From: a virus
Strand: one strand, 5' to 3'
DNA: 64,000 bases
IMG/VR virus record: IMGVR_UViG_3300027795_000039
Coordinates: 68,027 to 132,026 of that record
The position numbers were made by a program, and so were the translations under genes. Of this stretch, positions 30,601 through 39,304 are shown one piece after another (within the stretch, counting starts at the first letter, position 1; each line of letters begins with the position of its first letter). Below the pieces are notes generated by a model. That model was not told where the DNA came from, did no database searches, and saw only the letters and a list, made by a program, of their open reading frames with translations.

Positions 30601-31882
30601 GCTCGAGTGGTGTAACACCGAATGCCATCGTCACCTGCGACATGACCAGCTGGTCAAGTTCATCAGCAGTAACAACTGGCCGTTGTGGCTCGACGTGGCT
30701 ACCTGGTGGTAGTACAATGAGTTTTTGCTTCCACGCGGGATCACCGGCAATGGCGTTGAGAGCGTCTTGCAATTCCCTGAGCTGGTTGGGTGTCATTGCG
30801 GTGTCGCCTGGGATGATGTACGCTGCTGGAACGGTGCCCTCTTCGAAGAAATCATATTGGTATGATTGCTTCTGAAGGCCAGTCATGATCGGGATAATGG
30901 CACGTTCAATGGCGCTGAACCCGTAGGGCGTCCAAGCGCGAGGAACCATCGGCAGATACAGCAGCTGGTCACCGCGGAATTGTGCCACATCTTGGCCAGA
31001 CATGTTGGCTTCTTCAATGTCCCGGTTCATGATCATCGTCATGTAGTCGGAACGTGGAACACCGTAGAGGTATTGTTGGTAACCGACGGCAGGAGGCCTA
31101 GGTATTCCACCATGCAAGTCAACGAGTGGTCTGATCGTGGACCCAGTTAGCAGCATGAGGCTGTCGAGGTCACTGCCGAGTACGCCCTTACCTTGCCTCT
31201 TACCCCAAACAGGCCGGATAAGAATGCTAAGCGCATCGTAAACGTAGATGTCTTCAAGCACCGCACTTAGCCACAGGCTGTAGCTGAAGTAATTCGGATC
31301 TGGCCGGTTGAAGAACTTGGTGGCTTTTGCTTGGCGCTTACCAAAGTCTGCCATTTGTGCTGGTGACCCTTGGTATGCCTTAGCGGCAGCGGGTGTGGGG
31401 ACGATGTCCCACTGTACACCACGTATTTGGTTTTTCCGGTATTCAATACACGCGCGGGCTACTGAGTAAATGTCTGCCAGCCGGCGCATGGTCTCGAAGT
31501 TAGTTAGCCTGAGGCCCTCATTACCAGGCTGCCCCGTCGGCAGGTTCCAGCCGACGGTGTATTCCCACCGTCGTGGTTCTGGTCGCTCGAATTCCGGTGG
31601 CGGGGAGTCAACTGGTACTGGCAAGATCGGGCTGAATGGGCCAAACGCACCGGCGGTAAACGACTCAGTGGGCCGAGGAAGGAATGGCCCGTAACTTCTG
31701 GCGTAGCCACCCTCATTCGCCAGTTGTGCAGCCAATGGGCTGAACTGGCCGATGGATGGTGCATTCTGGCCACGGCCGCCATTATATGGAATGCTACCTT
31801 GTGGTGCTGGTGTTGGCCGCGCACCACCTGGCGCGCTCGGAATACTCGCCGCACCACGGAGCACCGCACCTCTTTTAGCCAC
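27605..31882 (-). CDS. portal protein extended with an Arr-like ART and a second ART-like toxin domain
   Basis: VARACIEYRK..RP..LEDIYVYDAL..YGFSAIE..FFEEGTVP..AFGVTPLELG..TLDECRQELNL; two GYIHG tags; AAGGAGG RBS. Confidence 0.9.
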   Translation of the reverse strand: MAKRGAVLRGAASIPSAPGGARPTPAPQGSIPYNGGRGQNAPSIGQFSPLAAQLANEGGYARSYGPFLPRPTESFTAGAFGPFSPILPVPVDSPPPEFERPEPRRWEYTVGWNLPTGQPGNEGLRLTNFETMRRLADIYSVARACIEYRKNQIRGVQWDIVPTPAAAKAYQGSPAQMADFGKRQAKATKFFNRPDPNYFSYSLWLSAVLEDIYVYDALSILIRPVWGKRQGKGVLGSDLDSLMLLTGSTIRPLVDLHGGIPRPPAVGYQQYLYGVPRSDYMTMIMNRDIEEANMSGQDVAQFRGDQLLYLPMVPRAWTPYGFSAIERAIIPIMTGLQKQSYQYDFFEEGTVPAAYIIPGDTAMTPNQLRELQDALNAIAGDPAWKQKLIVLPPGSHVEPQRPVVTADELDQLVMSQVTMAFGVTPLELGLSPGRSSSTSSGAANQMSKMTQNNSQDVNITPMLQFLQDIFNGILEHVCGQTDMMFTFEGLQQEEDMDALTGVLVQQFQNGMRTLDECRQELNLQPYGLEESSEPLIVTPTGPTPLSTAVANAQNAAAQSAAQAQQTQAQAGQTQAQTGATQANTAATQARTQISQESHEVRMNEPTVPPGMPGGAKPQPTGAAGAEGKAEAAQNQNAAQSGKPTPAHNAAQAANSEAASTKKSAASVVINKVGPKGYIHGWVHEGPAVDAKPVFYHGTTKHFSPGDLISPASQVPGSERTGSHDESSPNHVYLTRDPGRAAEYAGMRDDPEPESPKDDRYSVYQVEPTGQFERDSQHATASNGYDVEPNYRSAAPVKVIRRMPYSHQQIASAAINPWDDDDPRLNQEISHPLYAGNLAQKRADAELEALTRHLTKGRHVTTWEARYISESLLANVAKAMAEGLDPRNAVNLAKARASDVVLAKSDYQWQDSQPVDIVEDVAKTGAAPFRGVETADVLKVGPDGYIHGFICVRPPCGEKPDKIKASDLQVKRNGTIMHKPSGYQVGSIVHDNGKYVITHSDGHVSSHAGRDNALGTLAGHYNSGKTRHDFSEQSPYAQVHAAIPNGTPRTSATAVPGAKVTGELRAFLNQPLSGRAGKVKKADAPTLKASVAAALAKDMKDFSTADLLKISSNRTTIDPGVNPDVAEHPDDYVMAYAGPVSVKKIKAQANAIRAVAAKITDRQSLEAMTKLTPGFPGYRGFTEKNLPEFKDDGGVEAAKAALMKKADQIGHGADLPPVTENDLKKIRDNAFRSIIARWAMSSNDNDILSLATQRAVTDELRLSNVADWAKESGDVADQVNDVYVKNEKALRAMVRSQYNRTQADLKAAGITHVTVYRGMHVTGDTAPWAFGDDGKAMKAGDEVSAPKWRPISSWSGAATVANEFAYTDEMRTSGETGLVLKTTVPAELVFSTPRTGFGCLLEEEWVIMAAPGSVGVDSSRKVTAVT

Positions 31883-31912
31883 GTGCGGCCCTCCTTGTAG
31901 TATAATTCAGCT

Positions 31913-32392
31913 ATGGACCAGGAATGGGGTAAGGAAAATATGGTATGGCTATAGCAACGTGGCGAGTACTGGATCGCTCGACTTGCTGATGGGTATGACA
32001 TCCATGTTAAGCCGTGGAGATGGCAGTTCAAGGTGATGACACGTCAGCAGCTTCAACGTTACGGTGCCACTTACGGCCTAACGGAATTCCGGCCGCCAGT
32101 CATCTTCATCCAGAACGCGTTGTTGTACCTGCGGGTAACTGATGGTGATAAGAAAGCCATTCCACTCATCGATGAGATGCTCGTTCACGAACTCATTCAT
32201 GCCACAGGTATCAGCGGACACGGACCGGATTTCAAACGCGCTTACGGTAAGATCTACCCGTGGTCCAAGCCTGGACCGGTAACTGAGTTTGACCCAGGCA
32301 CATCCCGCCGTGTGCTTTGGTCGCAGATCATACGGCGGCTGCCATTATCCTCACTTACACTGTCATGCGTGCTACGGTGCCAGTTCAAGTGA
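31913..32392 (+). pseudogene. SprT-like zinc metalloprotease with in-frame TAG at 31952 (or a short form starting at 32033)
   Basis: TATAAT 31901-31906, ATG 31913 in frame with ORF 32033; LVHELIHATGISGHGPDF. Confidence 0.5.
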
Positions 32393-33517
32393 GATGACCG
32401 ATGATGACGTACCAGTAACCTTAAACTTACTATTACGCGGTAGAACCAGCTCTTTACTTTCTGGATCACCCTTCATCACGTTTGTACCTGACGGCACCGT
32501 AATTTTCATAACCATGGGTGCGCCATCCACCATGTCGCTAAACGCTGCGGGACCCATAGTACCGGCGGCATACTGCAACGCGATACCTGGATTTGACGTT
32601 GTTGAGATAAAGCCGGCATCAGTAAATGATACCTTACTCTGTGACAAAGCTTGCTTCATCTCAGGTGTCATTATAACACCGCGGTACATGGTGGCTGGTT
32701 CACTTAGCGCACCGTGTTGTATAGCCAAGTCCATGTTACCGGCAATACCGCGCAGCTGGTCATCATCATAATCACCAGTATTACGGCCAGTACGAAGAAA
32801 TTCGTTGACAACATCACCATCACTCATGTAATACTGTGTTGCCTCGGCCATGGTTGCTGGTACCTTTCCAGGCCGCAACGCGTTTAGCGGCTTGGTACCG
32901 AATACCGGCTTCGCTGGCTTACTGCCACGTAGCGCCGCTTTAACCTGGTCGATGGCTTCCTCAGGTATTGGTGTACTGGCGTAGTCTGCCGTTTCATTGA
33001 CGCGTTTGGCCAGCTCTTTATCCTTAGCCGCACCGCCAGCTCTCTGGATGGCCTTCGCATACGCGGTGTACTTAGCGCCGTTGGCAATCTGCGACTGCGC
33101 GCGTTCTAGTGCTGTTGCCGTTTTATCATCACCGTTATCACGCGCGTACCGCGCCAGCGCACCGGTATTATGATATGATATCACTCGTCTGATGGTTTGG
33201 CTTCCATACGTGTTTACCACATCACCGTTACTAAGCACGGTGTCATCGGCGTGACGTGTTTCAACCATATCGCCAACGCGTTCCTGAAGATCAGCAATTT
33301 TCTTACCATCTGCCGTTATGGTCTGAGCGTCCCAGTCAGTGACAGCCTGTGCATACTTGCCGCATGGCGGACGCACGCAGATGTACCCGTGGATGTATCC
33401 TTCCTTACCAACCTTTTCCAATTCCGGTTCCACCGAACCAGCATACCACGCATCCAATGCGTTGTTTCTAATTCGTTGTCGTTCTATATTAAAATCACCG
33501 AATAGATCGGCGATCAT
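32372..33517 (-). CDS. tagged VIP2-like ADP-ribosyltransferase
   Basis: KVGKEGYIHGYICVRPPC; VNEFLR..MYRGV..GFISTT..SKELVLPRNSKF. Confidence 0.87.
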   Translation of the reverse strand: MIADLFGDFNIERQRIRNNALDAWYAGSVEPELEKVGKEGYIHGYICVRPPCGKYAQAVTDWDAQTITADGKKIADLQERVGDMVETRHADDTVLSNGDVVNTYGSQTIRRVISYHNTGALARYARDNGDDKTATALERAQSQIANGAKYTAYAKAIQRAGGAAKDKELAKRVNETADYASTPIPEEAIDQVKAALRGSKPAKPVFGTKPLNALRPGKVPATMAEATQYYMSDGDVVNEFLRTGRNTGDYDDDQLRGIAGNMDLAIQHGALSEPATMYRGVIMTPEMKQALSQSKVSFTDAGFISTTSNPGIALQYAAGTMGPAAFSDMVDGAPMVMKITVPSGTNVMKGDPESKELVLPRNSKFKVTGTSSSVISLELAP

Positions 33518-33744
33518 GATGCTTCCTCATCATCATACGCGTCTTCTGGCCATACGATGTTCGCATCACTCCACTCCCGGTCTGGCCAGTACTCCGCGCT
33601 AGTGCAGGTTCCATCGATGTGCCAGGTGATCTTGCGGACGCGAGGGCAGGCGCGGAGATGTACTCCACCACAGTGCTGACAGTTTTTACCGCCCTCAAAA
33701 AGTTGACGCGCCTGTTGTCGCTCTTCTGGTGTAAGTTCTGGCAT
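33514..33744 (-). CDS. small Cys/His (putative zinc-binding) protein
   Basis: CQHCGGVHLRACPR; coupled to the downstream gene. Confidence 0.7.
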   Translation of the reverse strand: MPELTPEERQQARQLFEGGKNCQHCGGVHLRACPRVRKITWHIDGTCTSAEYWPDREWSDANIVWPEDAYDDEEAS

Positions 33745-33795
33745 CTTACTTTCTTTCTTAATTCACGGCAACAACGCGTGTGGTATAATTACAAC

Positions 33796-34632
33796 ATGAG
33801 AACTGGACACATCTACGCGCTTGCTGACCCAAAAACTGGTGAAGTACGGTATATCGGGAAAACTCTACTGCAACCAGCGGAAAAACGACTAAAAGGTCAT
33901 GTTAAAACAATGGAAATTGGCAGTAGACGTCACGTATATAACTGGATGCGAAAACTTAATGCACTACCACAGTTCATTATTATTGAAGCGGTCTCAGAAA
34001 GTAAGATAAATGAACTAGAACGATACTGGATTAGGTGGATGCGATTGACAGGAGTTAGGTTGACAAATCTAACTGATGGTGGTGATGGTGGCGCACACTC
34101 TACTTCAGCTGAAACTCGTGCAAAGATGTCAGTTGCGCGACGTGGTAGGCCGATTCCAATCGAGCAACGTGCGAAAATGTCTGATACTGCGCGTAATAGA
34201 TCACCTGAATATCGCGCAAAAATAGCGGCCGCTAATCGTCGTAGGATAATATCTGATAGAGAAAGAGCAAATCGCTCAGCTGCTAGTCGCGGAAGAGTAA
34301 CGTCAAGCCAAGCTCGTGCAAACATGTCTAAAGCGCAAAGTGGAAAAATACTTTCCAAAGATCATCGTCAAAAAATTTCAGAATCACTGTGCGGTAAAAC
34401 ATTTTCGGTAGAACACCGCGCAAACATTTCTGCGGTTAATAAAGGAAAGATAATACCAGAAAAACAACGCACAAAAATATCAGCATCATTGAAAGGAAGA
34501 GTATTTTCTGAAGAACACCGTAAAAAACTGTCAGAAGCTAGACAACGTCAAATAGCACGAGATAAACTAGACAAAGAATTATTTGCTTCAATGTATCGTG
34601 TTGCCTTTACCCTCGAAGATCAATCGAGCTGA
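33796..34632 (+). mobile_element. free-standing GIY-YIG homing endonuclease with NUMOD3 repeats
   Basis: HIYAL..RYIGKT..R..E..LTN; SAETRAKMS/SEEHRKKLS repeats; AT-rich; TGTGGTATAAT at 33779-33789, leaderless ATG 33796. Confidence 0.88.
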
Positions 34633-34665
34633 CTCACGTTCCTCGGGTGTCAGATCATCTGCCAC
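34588..34665 (-). pseudogene. displaced 5' end of the 33514..33744 gene
   Basis: GGAGG RBS, GTG 34665; MADDLTPEERESARLIFEGKGNTIH* versus MPELTPEERQQARQLFEGGKN. Confidence 0.75.
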
Positions 34666-34680
34666 GTTTCTGGCACCTCC

Positions 34681-34724
34681 TGTTTACATCACGGCACGAG
34701 TGTGGTATAGTGGTACCAGGAACA
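34681..34724 (+). promoter_or_regulatory. sigma-A-type promoter, repeat copy 1
   Basis: TTTACA(34683)-N17-TATAGT with extended TG; 42/44 identical to 35009-35052. Confidence 0.85.
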
Positions 34725-34734
34725 GAAACGATAG

Positions 34735-34950
34735 ATGAAAGAGAATGGAACAACAATGAACAGTGTGACAGATGGACAGACCAGCGGAACGATCTTCACC
34801 CGTAACGGAATGACCACGGTCACTTCCATTCAGGGAACGCTCAAATACAAACGTACAATAGGTGGAAAGCTCAAAGTCATTGCAATAGATGATGCGCGCG
34901 GATATGTCACTGTTGGTGGGAGTAGCTCACACTACACCTACCCAGTCTAA
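34735..34950 (+). CDS. hypothetical protein
   Basis: Lies between a promoter and a hairpin. Confidence 0.6.
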   Translation: MKENGTTMNSVTDGQTSGTIFTRNGMTTVTSIQGTLKYKRTIGGKLKVIAIDDARGYVTVGGSSSHYTYPV

Positions 34951-34978
34951 AACAAAAGAATGAGACACTGACGTGACG

Positions 34979-35005
34979 ATGCCAGCGGCAGATTGTCGCT
35001 GGCAT
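34979..35005 (+). terminator. stem-loop immediately before a promoter
   Basis: ATGCCAGCGGCA-GAT-TGTCGCTGGCAT. Confidence 0.6.
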
Positions 35006-35008
35006 TGC

Positions 35009-35052
35009 TGTTTACATCACGGCACGAATGTGGTATGGTGGTACCAGGAACA
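35009..35052 (+). promoter_or_regulatory. promoter, repeat copy 2
   Basis: TTTACA(35011)-N17-TATGGT. Confidence 0.8.
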
Positions 35053-35068
35053 CGAGAGAGGAAACAAA

Positions 35069-35260
35069 ATGGCCATTCGCTGCACATCGACCGCAGCTAA
35101 TGATGTTGAGCTTTTCGCTGACATCAATGAGCTAGAAACCGACTTGCTGAGAAGCGCGAGTGGAGAATACATGCAGTCTGTACTCGAGGCGATGCGCACC
35201 GGAGTAACGCCGTTCCAGATCGCGAACGGCCCAGCCACGGACACCTACGAGCTCATCTGA
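35069..35260 (+). CDS. hypothetical protein
   Basis: GAGG RBS, start MAIRC. Confidence 0.65.
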   Translation: MAIRCTSTAANDVELFADINELETDLLRSASGEYMQSVLEAMRTGVTPFQIANGPATDTYELI

Positions 35261-35286
35261 ACCCACAGCAACCGATCAGCGTGATC

Positions 35287-35313
35287 ATGCCGGCGACAAC
35301 CTGTCGCCGGCAT
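35287..35313 (+). terminator. stem-loop immediately before a promoter
   Basis: ATGCCGGCGACA-ACC-TGTCGCCGGCAT, perfect 12-bp stem. Confidence 0.65.
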
Positions 35314-35316
35314 TGC

Positions 35317-35347
35317 TGTTTACATCACGGCTTGGTTGTGGTATAAT
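35317..35347 (+). promoter_or_regulatory. promoter
   Basis: TTTACA(35319)-N17-TATAAT. Confidence 0.85.
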
Positions 35348-35375
35348 TGACTTAGGAACAAGGAAAAGGAGCAAC

Positions 35376-35864
35376 ATGAATACCGCAAGTGAAACTCAAG
35401 CCTGGGCCAGGCGATGCGCTGATGTCACCCGTGGCCGTTTGGCAGAAACCGAAGCCTGGGAGCAGATCGCCAAGCGAGGTGAAGAGTGGGAAGTTGCTCG
35501 TCACAAAAACGGTAAGCCATTCCGCGGTGGACCGATGATGACACCCAATATGTGCTTTACCAACAGCGCCAGGATCGTGGGTGGGCTCACCTCGTTTGAC
35601 CCACACGGCTGCCGGTACGCGGAAGGTTTCGCCTTGGGTTACCTGGGGTTGTGGTATCACCACGGCTGGGTGGTAAACGCCTTCGGACTCGTCATCGAGC
35701 GAACGTGGAAGGAACCAGGCGAACGGTATGTTGGGGTAACTTTCACCGACTTTCCACGTGACATCGGCTGCTGCCAGCTCGGTGACTGGCCGTTTGGCCA
35801 TGCTTGGGGGCCTAAGCTGGCTGACGAGCCAGAAGCAGCTGACGCTATGTGGAACAGAACATAG
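35376..35864 (+). CDS. conserved phage protein, possible papain/transglutaminase-like fold
   Basis: CFTNS..YAEGFA..HHGWVV..VIERTW..YVG; AGGAG RBS. Confidence 0.65.
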   Translation: MNTASETQAWARRCADVTRGRLAETEAWEQIAKRGEEWEVARHKNGKPFRGGPMMTPNMCFTNSARIVGGLTSFDPHGCRYAEGFALGYLGLWYHHGWVVNAFGLVIERTWKEPGERYVGVTFTDFPRDIGCCQLGDWPFGHAWGPKLADEPEAADAMWNRT

Positions 35865-35866
35865 CC

Positions 35867-36892
35867 ATGAAAACCAACGCAGCAACTGTCATCCAGCAGC
35901 ACGCAGATTTGACGAAGCGGTGGCGTGAGCCGAACTCGAAGTTGGCTGGTTACATCGGCTCATTCGCCGATGACGTGGCACGGAATCGTGGCCTTAAAGG
36001 TGCAGCGAGCATGTTCTACCCGATGCACTCAACACGTGATGCTGAGCCGTGGGTTAAGCTCATCGGACGCGGCCTGTTCACCGCCACCACGTACCAGGTT
36101 ACCACGGAAATGTGCCGCGTGGTTACGCAAGCGTATCGTAAGACCGAGCGTACCTCGACACGCATCAGCCTCGATGAGGTTCCCGCGGAATCTGGTTTCG
36201 TATGGCTCGATGAAGCCGTCATACTGTATGACCGGCAAGAAAAGCGAACTGGCCCGCGTGCAGTAAGCTGGGAAGTAACCTCAGCCGAGTACCAGAATGG
36301 TGGTATTCTCCCGGTCATCCGGCTCATCACCTGGGCTGACACCCGTGTTGAGGATGACTTCAGCGCGGACTGGGAACCTGGCATCCTCGAGCTAAGCGAA
36401 AAGATGCTCGGCCGGCTGCAATTGCAACATGTTACATTGATCCCGCTGGATTATGACGTCAAAACGTCACCAAAAGACAGCATGACATTGACGGATGATC
36501 ACGTGGCCTGGTTCCACGCGCTCATCATCATCATGAGTACTGAGATGGCCGACTCACGTCGTACCGGCCTACCACGTGTTATCCGTGACAACGTGAAGAA
36601 GTACATTAAGGACACACGTGTCACCGTGGTAACGCTCCGCCAAGCGCCGCAAGAACGTCCCAGCAACAGCAGCCCGCGGACCATTGAGTGGACACACCGC
36701 TGGCTCGTCCAAGGTCACCACCGGCATCTCGAGTCATACGAGGTAACGCCGCATCACGCTATCCCCGGACGACTTGATCGTGGCCACTGTGCCATCTGCG
36801 AGTCGCGGATCACCTGGGTGCGGCCGTTCGTGAAGGGACCGGATGGTGCACCAGTGAAGAGTGCAGACGTGGTGTACCGGTTGTCACGGTGA
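35867..36892 (+). CDS. conserved hypothetical phage protein
   Basis: C-terminal HRWLVQGHHRH..WVRPFVKGPDGAP motif. Confidence 0.75.
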   Translation: MKTNAATVIQQHADLTKRWREPNSKLAGYIGSFADDVARNRGLKGAASMFYPMHSTRDAEPWVKLIGRGLFTATTYQVTTEMCRVVTQAYRKTERTSTRISLDEVPAESGFVWLDEAVILYDRQEKRTGPRAVSWEVTSAEYQNGGILPVIRLITWADTRVEDDFSADWEPGILELSEKMLGRLQLQHVTLIPLDYDVKTSPKDSMTLTDDHVAWFHALIIIMSTEMADSRRTGLPRVIRDNVKKYIKDTRVTVVTLRQAPQERPSNSSPRTIEWTHRWLVQGHHRHLESYEVTPHHAIPGRLDRGHCAICESRITWVRPFVKGPDGAPVKSADVVYRLSR

Positions 36893-36897
36893 GATTG

Positions 36898-36926
36898 TTT
36901 ACACTTACCGGCTAAGGTGATATAAT
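36898..36926 (+). promoter_or_regulatory. promoter
   Basis: TTTACA-N17-TATAAT with TG. Confidence 0.8.
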
Positions 36927-36991
36927 CAGTACATGAACACGGTTAGTAGGCAATTTTTCATTAAGCGAGCGGTAAGAACGAGGGCAAGATA

Positions 36992-37372
36992 ATGACGTGG
37001 TTTAAACGTAAAGTTAATGCTGGTTCTCATCCGGATCCAGCGACAGCATTGAAACTTCACCACATCAAAGCGTTGCTAAGACTACATACTCAATCTGAAC
37101 AACAAATTCAACTTTACCTGGACGAGATCGAAGACGTTCACCGTGAAATGAGTAGCGTTAGTGTCGCTAGGCGCTCATCTATAAATCGAATCACCCAACC
37201 TGAATTCGATAACATCATAACAGCATGTAAAAACCGGATCAGTGTAGCTGAAACCAGTATTGCCACCTGTCGCCAAAGCATTACTGACACTCAACATCAA
37301 ATTGATGAGTACACTGTGACAAGTGGTTTGACCACCTTCGATCTCGCATATTTGAATTTGCGTGACAGATAG
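36992..37372 (+). CDS. coiled-coil hypothetical protein
   Basis: 126-aa ORF with GAGGG upstream. Confidence 0.65.
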   Translation: MTWFKRKVNAGSHPDPATALKLHHIKALLRLHTQSEQQIQLYLDEIEDVHREMSSVSVARRSSINRITQPEFDNIITACKNRISVAETSIATCRQSITDTQHQIDEYTVTSGLTTFDLAYLNLRDR

Positions 37373-37718
37373 GAGGCGTGTTATCGATATGAGTGAATCA
37401 TACCATATCATCGACTTCGATGAACTTGGTCACGGTGACTACCGAGTTGCGACTGGTAAGTGGCCGCTTCGTGTGGTACTCAACCAGGTACTATGTGGCG
37501 GTTGGGTTCTCGGTGAAGGTGGTTCTCTTCAGTCGTGTCGTACATCACTATCGGCTGTTACGACGAGTGGTATCAATGACAACATAATCTGTCATGTCAG
37601 GCAAACTGAGCACTTCGAAGCACCGTACCGCGTAACAACCAAGAGAACGTCAGTGATACCTCCACCACCAAGTTATTGCTCATTAACCGAGTCACAGGAA
37701 CAGGAACACCGTGCGTAA
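37362..37718 (+). CDS. hypothetical protein (start may be 37389)
   Basis: Coupled operon; AGGAGG at 37371. Confidence 0.6.
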   Translation: MTDRRRVIDMSESYHIIDFDELGHGDYRVATGKWPLRVVLNQVLCGGWVLGEGGSLQSCRTSLSAVTTSGINDNIICHVRQTEHFEAPYRVTTKRTSVIPPPPSYCSLTESQEQEHRA

Positions 37719-38289
37719 ACCTGAGCAGCTCAGCGCAGATGAGGTGGCGTTTCGTATTTCACGAGAATGTCATAACGCTGGTGTAGCTGCCATTACTCAA
37801 TGGCCGTGGGCAGTTTCTGACGGGCGTTATGGTAATCTATCATCACTCACCTGTGATGCATACGTTGACCGCGACTATGGTAGCGGTGAGCTGTTCCCGG
37901 TTAAGTGCGGTCACGAGTTTAGTGGCAGGACGATCGTTGAAATCGGCGAAGAAATTATCCATCACCTATGTAACACAGAACACCGTAGTCCACCATACCA
38001 GCCGTACCAGCAGCCGTCAAAGAAATTCTCTATCACCGGCCAGAAAACACCAGCACCTATTCCATCACCACCAGCCGAACCGCAGCCGGCTGGTAAAAAC
38101 AAGCACATCTGCCTTTATTGCGGTGTGGAAATTCTGGAAGGTGAAATGGAACAGCTGGTAACGTACCGCCGCATGCCGGCAACTGGTGGTATGCGGCGGT
38201 ATCGTCATACCGATCAAGCAGAATGCCAAGCTGCAACGCGGCGACCGAAGCGACCATTTGCACGGGTACCTGGGGGCCCAACACAATGA
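37711..38289 (+). CDS. Cys/His-rich hypothetical protein
   Basis: Overlaps both neighbours; CLYC..H..C. Confidence 0.6.
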   Translation: MRKPEQLSADEVAFRISRECHNAGVAAITQWPWAVSDGRYGNLSSLTCDAYVDRDYGSGELFPVKCGHEFSGRTIVEIGEEIIHHLCNTEHRSPPYQPYQQPSKKFSITGQKTPAPIPSPPAEPQPAGKNKHICLYCGVEILEGEMEQLVTYRRMPATGGMRRYRHTDQAECQAATRRPKRPFARVPGGPTQ

Positions 38290-38738
38290 AAGTCGGGGTT
38301 ACCGGCACACGCCGACGTATCACGCTTGAGCAAGATAACACGATCTGGAAACTTTTCAGGTGGATGGCTGCCACTGAGTTTCATCACGGTGATTGCACTG
38401 GCGCGGACGCAGCTGCACACGCGGTTATTCTCGGTACCAAGAACCGGCGTCAAGATGAAGGCCTGCCATACACTTCTATCATCATCCACCCACCAGTTAT
38501 CGGTACCTGGCGAGTGTTTTGTCAGGACTATGATGAAATCCGTGAACCACTACCGTACCTGGAACGAAACCACGTGATCGTGGATGAGATTGATCTGCTC
38601 ATCGCGATACCACAGACGACAAGTGAAGAAATCCAGTCTGGCACCTGGGCGACAGTCCGGTACGCTCGCGGTCTAGGTAAACCGGTGATCATCATCGATC
38701 CAGATGGTGGCTGGCGACTGGATACCACCCGTATCTAA
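38286..38738 (+). CDS. SLOG-superfamily (YspA/DprA-like) nucleotide-binding protein
   Basis: VGVTGTR..HHGDCTGAD..YLERNHVIVD..SGTWATVRYA..GKP. Confidence 0.75.
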   Translation: MKVGVTGTRRRITLEQDNTIWKLFRWMAATEFHHGDCTGADAAAHAVILGTKNRRQDEGLPYTSIIIHPPVIGTWRVFCQDYDEIREPLPYLERNHVIVDEIDLLIAIPQTTSEEIQSGTWATVRYARGLGKPVIIIDPDGGWRLDTTRI

Positions 38739-38791
38739 CACTTGTATGATATAATGAATCACTACGAGGATAGGTAACCAACCTGAGTGAC

Positions 38792-39304
38792 GTGGTGAAG
38801 CTCACAACATTGACGTTTCGCGAGAAACTGCGACTCGTCGACAGTGAGATGATGTGCTGGGAAGCAACACTAGCAGCTTTTGACGTTAAAGTGCAGCACG
38901 ATGAATGTAGCCGGTCCATTAAGTGGGTCCTGGAACAGCTAACTGACCGTGGCTGGCGATATGAACGAGTTAAAACTAACACACTTACCGGTGGTAAAGT
39001 AACACCAACGCTATCAGTTGTTATACCACGGTTGATTGGTGATTGGTTGTTGATTTTGGACCGGCATATTATCGCAGTACGTGATGGTGTTATTACTGAT
39101 ACCGCCGGCAAGGAACGCACGGTGAAACGGCGAGTGATGATGGCATACCAGCTAACAAGGCCTGGCTACCCACCAGTACGACTGGTTGATTGTCAGTGTG
39201 CTGACCCACTCGTTTTCGGTCACAACTACCGAGTGAACGAAATTACTGGTAGACCTAGATTGTATTGCTCAACCATAAAAGCTTTGATGCGAGTCAACAA
39301 ATGA
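38792..39304 (+). CDS. hypothetical protein
   Basis: Follows TGATATAAT at 38747-38755. Confidence 0.6.
   Translation: MVKLTTLTFREKLRLVDSEMMCWEATLAAFDVKVQHDECSRSIKWVLEQLTDRGWRYERVKTNTLTGGKVTPTLSVVIPRLIGDWLLILDRHIIAVRDGVITDTAGKERTVKRRVMMAYQLTRPGYPPVRLVDCQCADPLVFGHNYRVNEITGRPRLYCSTIKALMRVNK

Noticed and set aside
1037-33517. Tagged modules as inteins
   Set aside because: No Cys/Ser N-terminal block with His-Asn C-terminal splice motifs or HINT signatures at module ends
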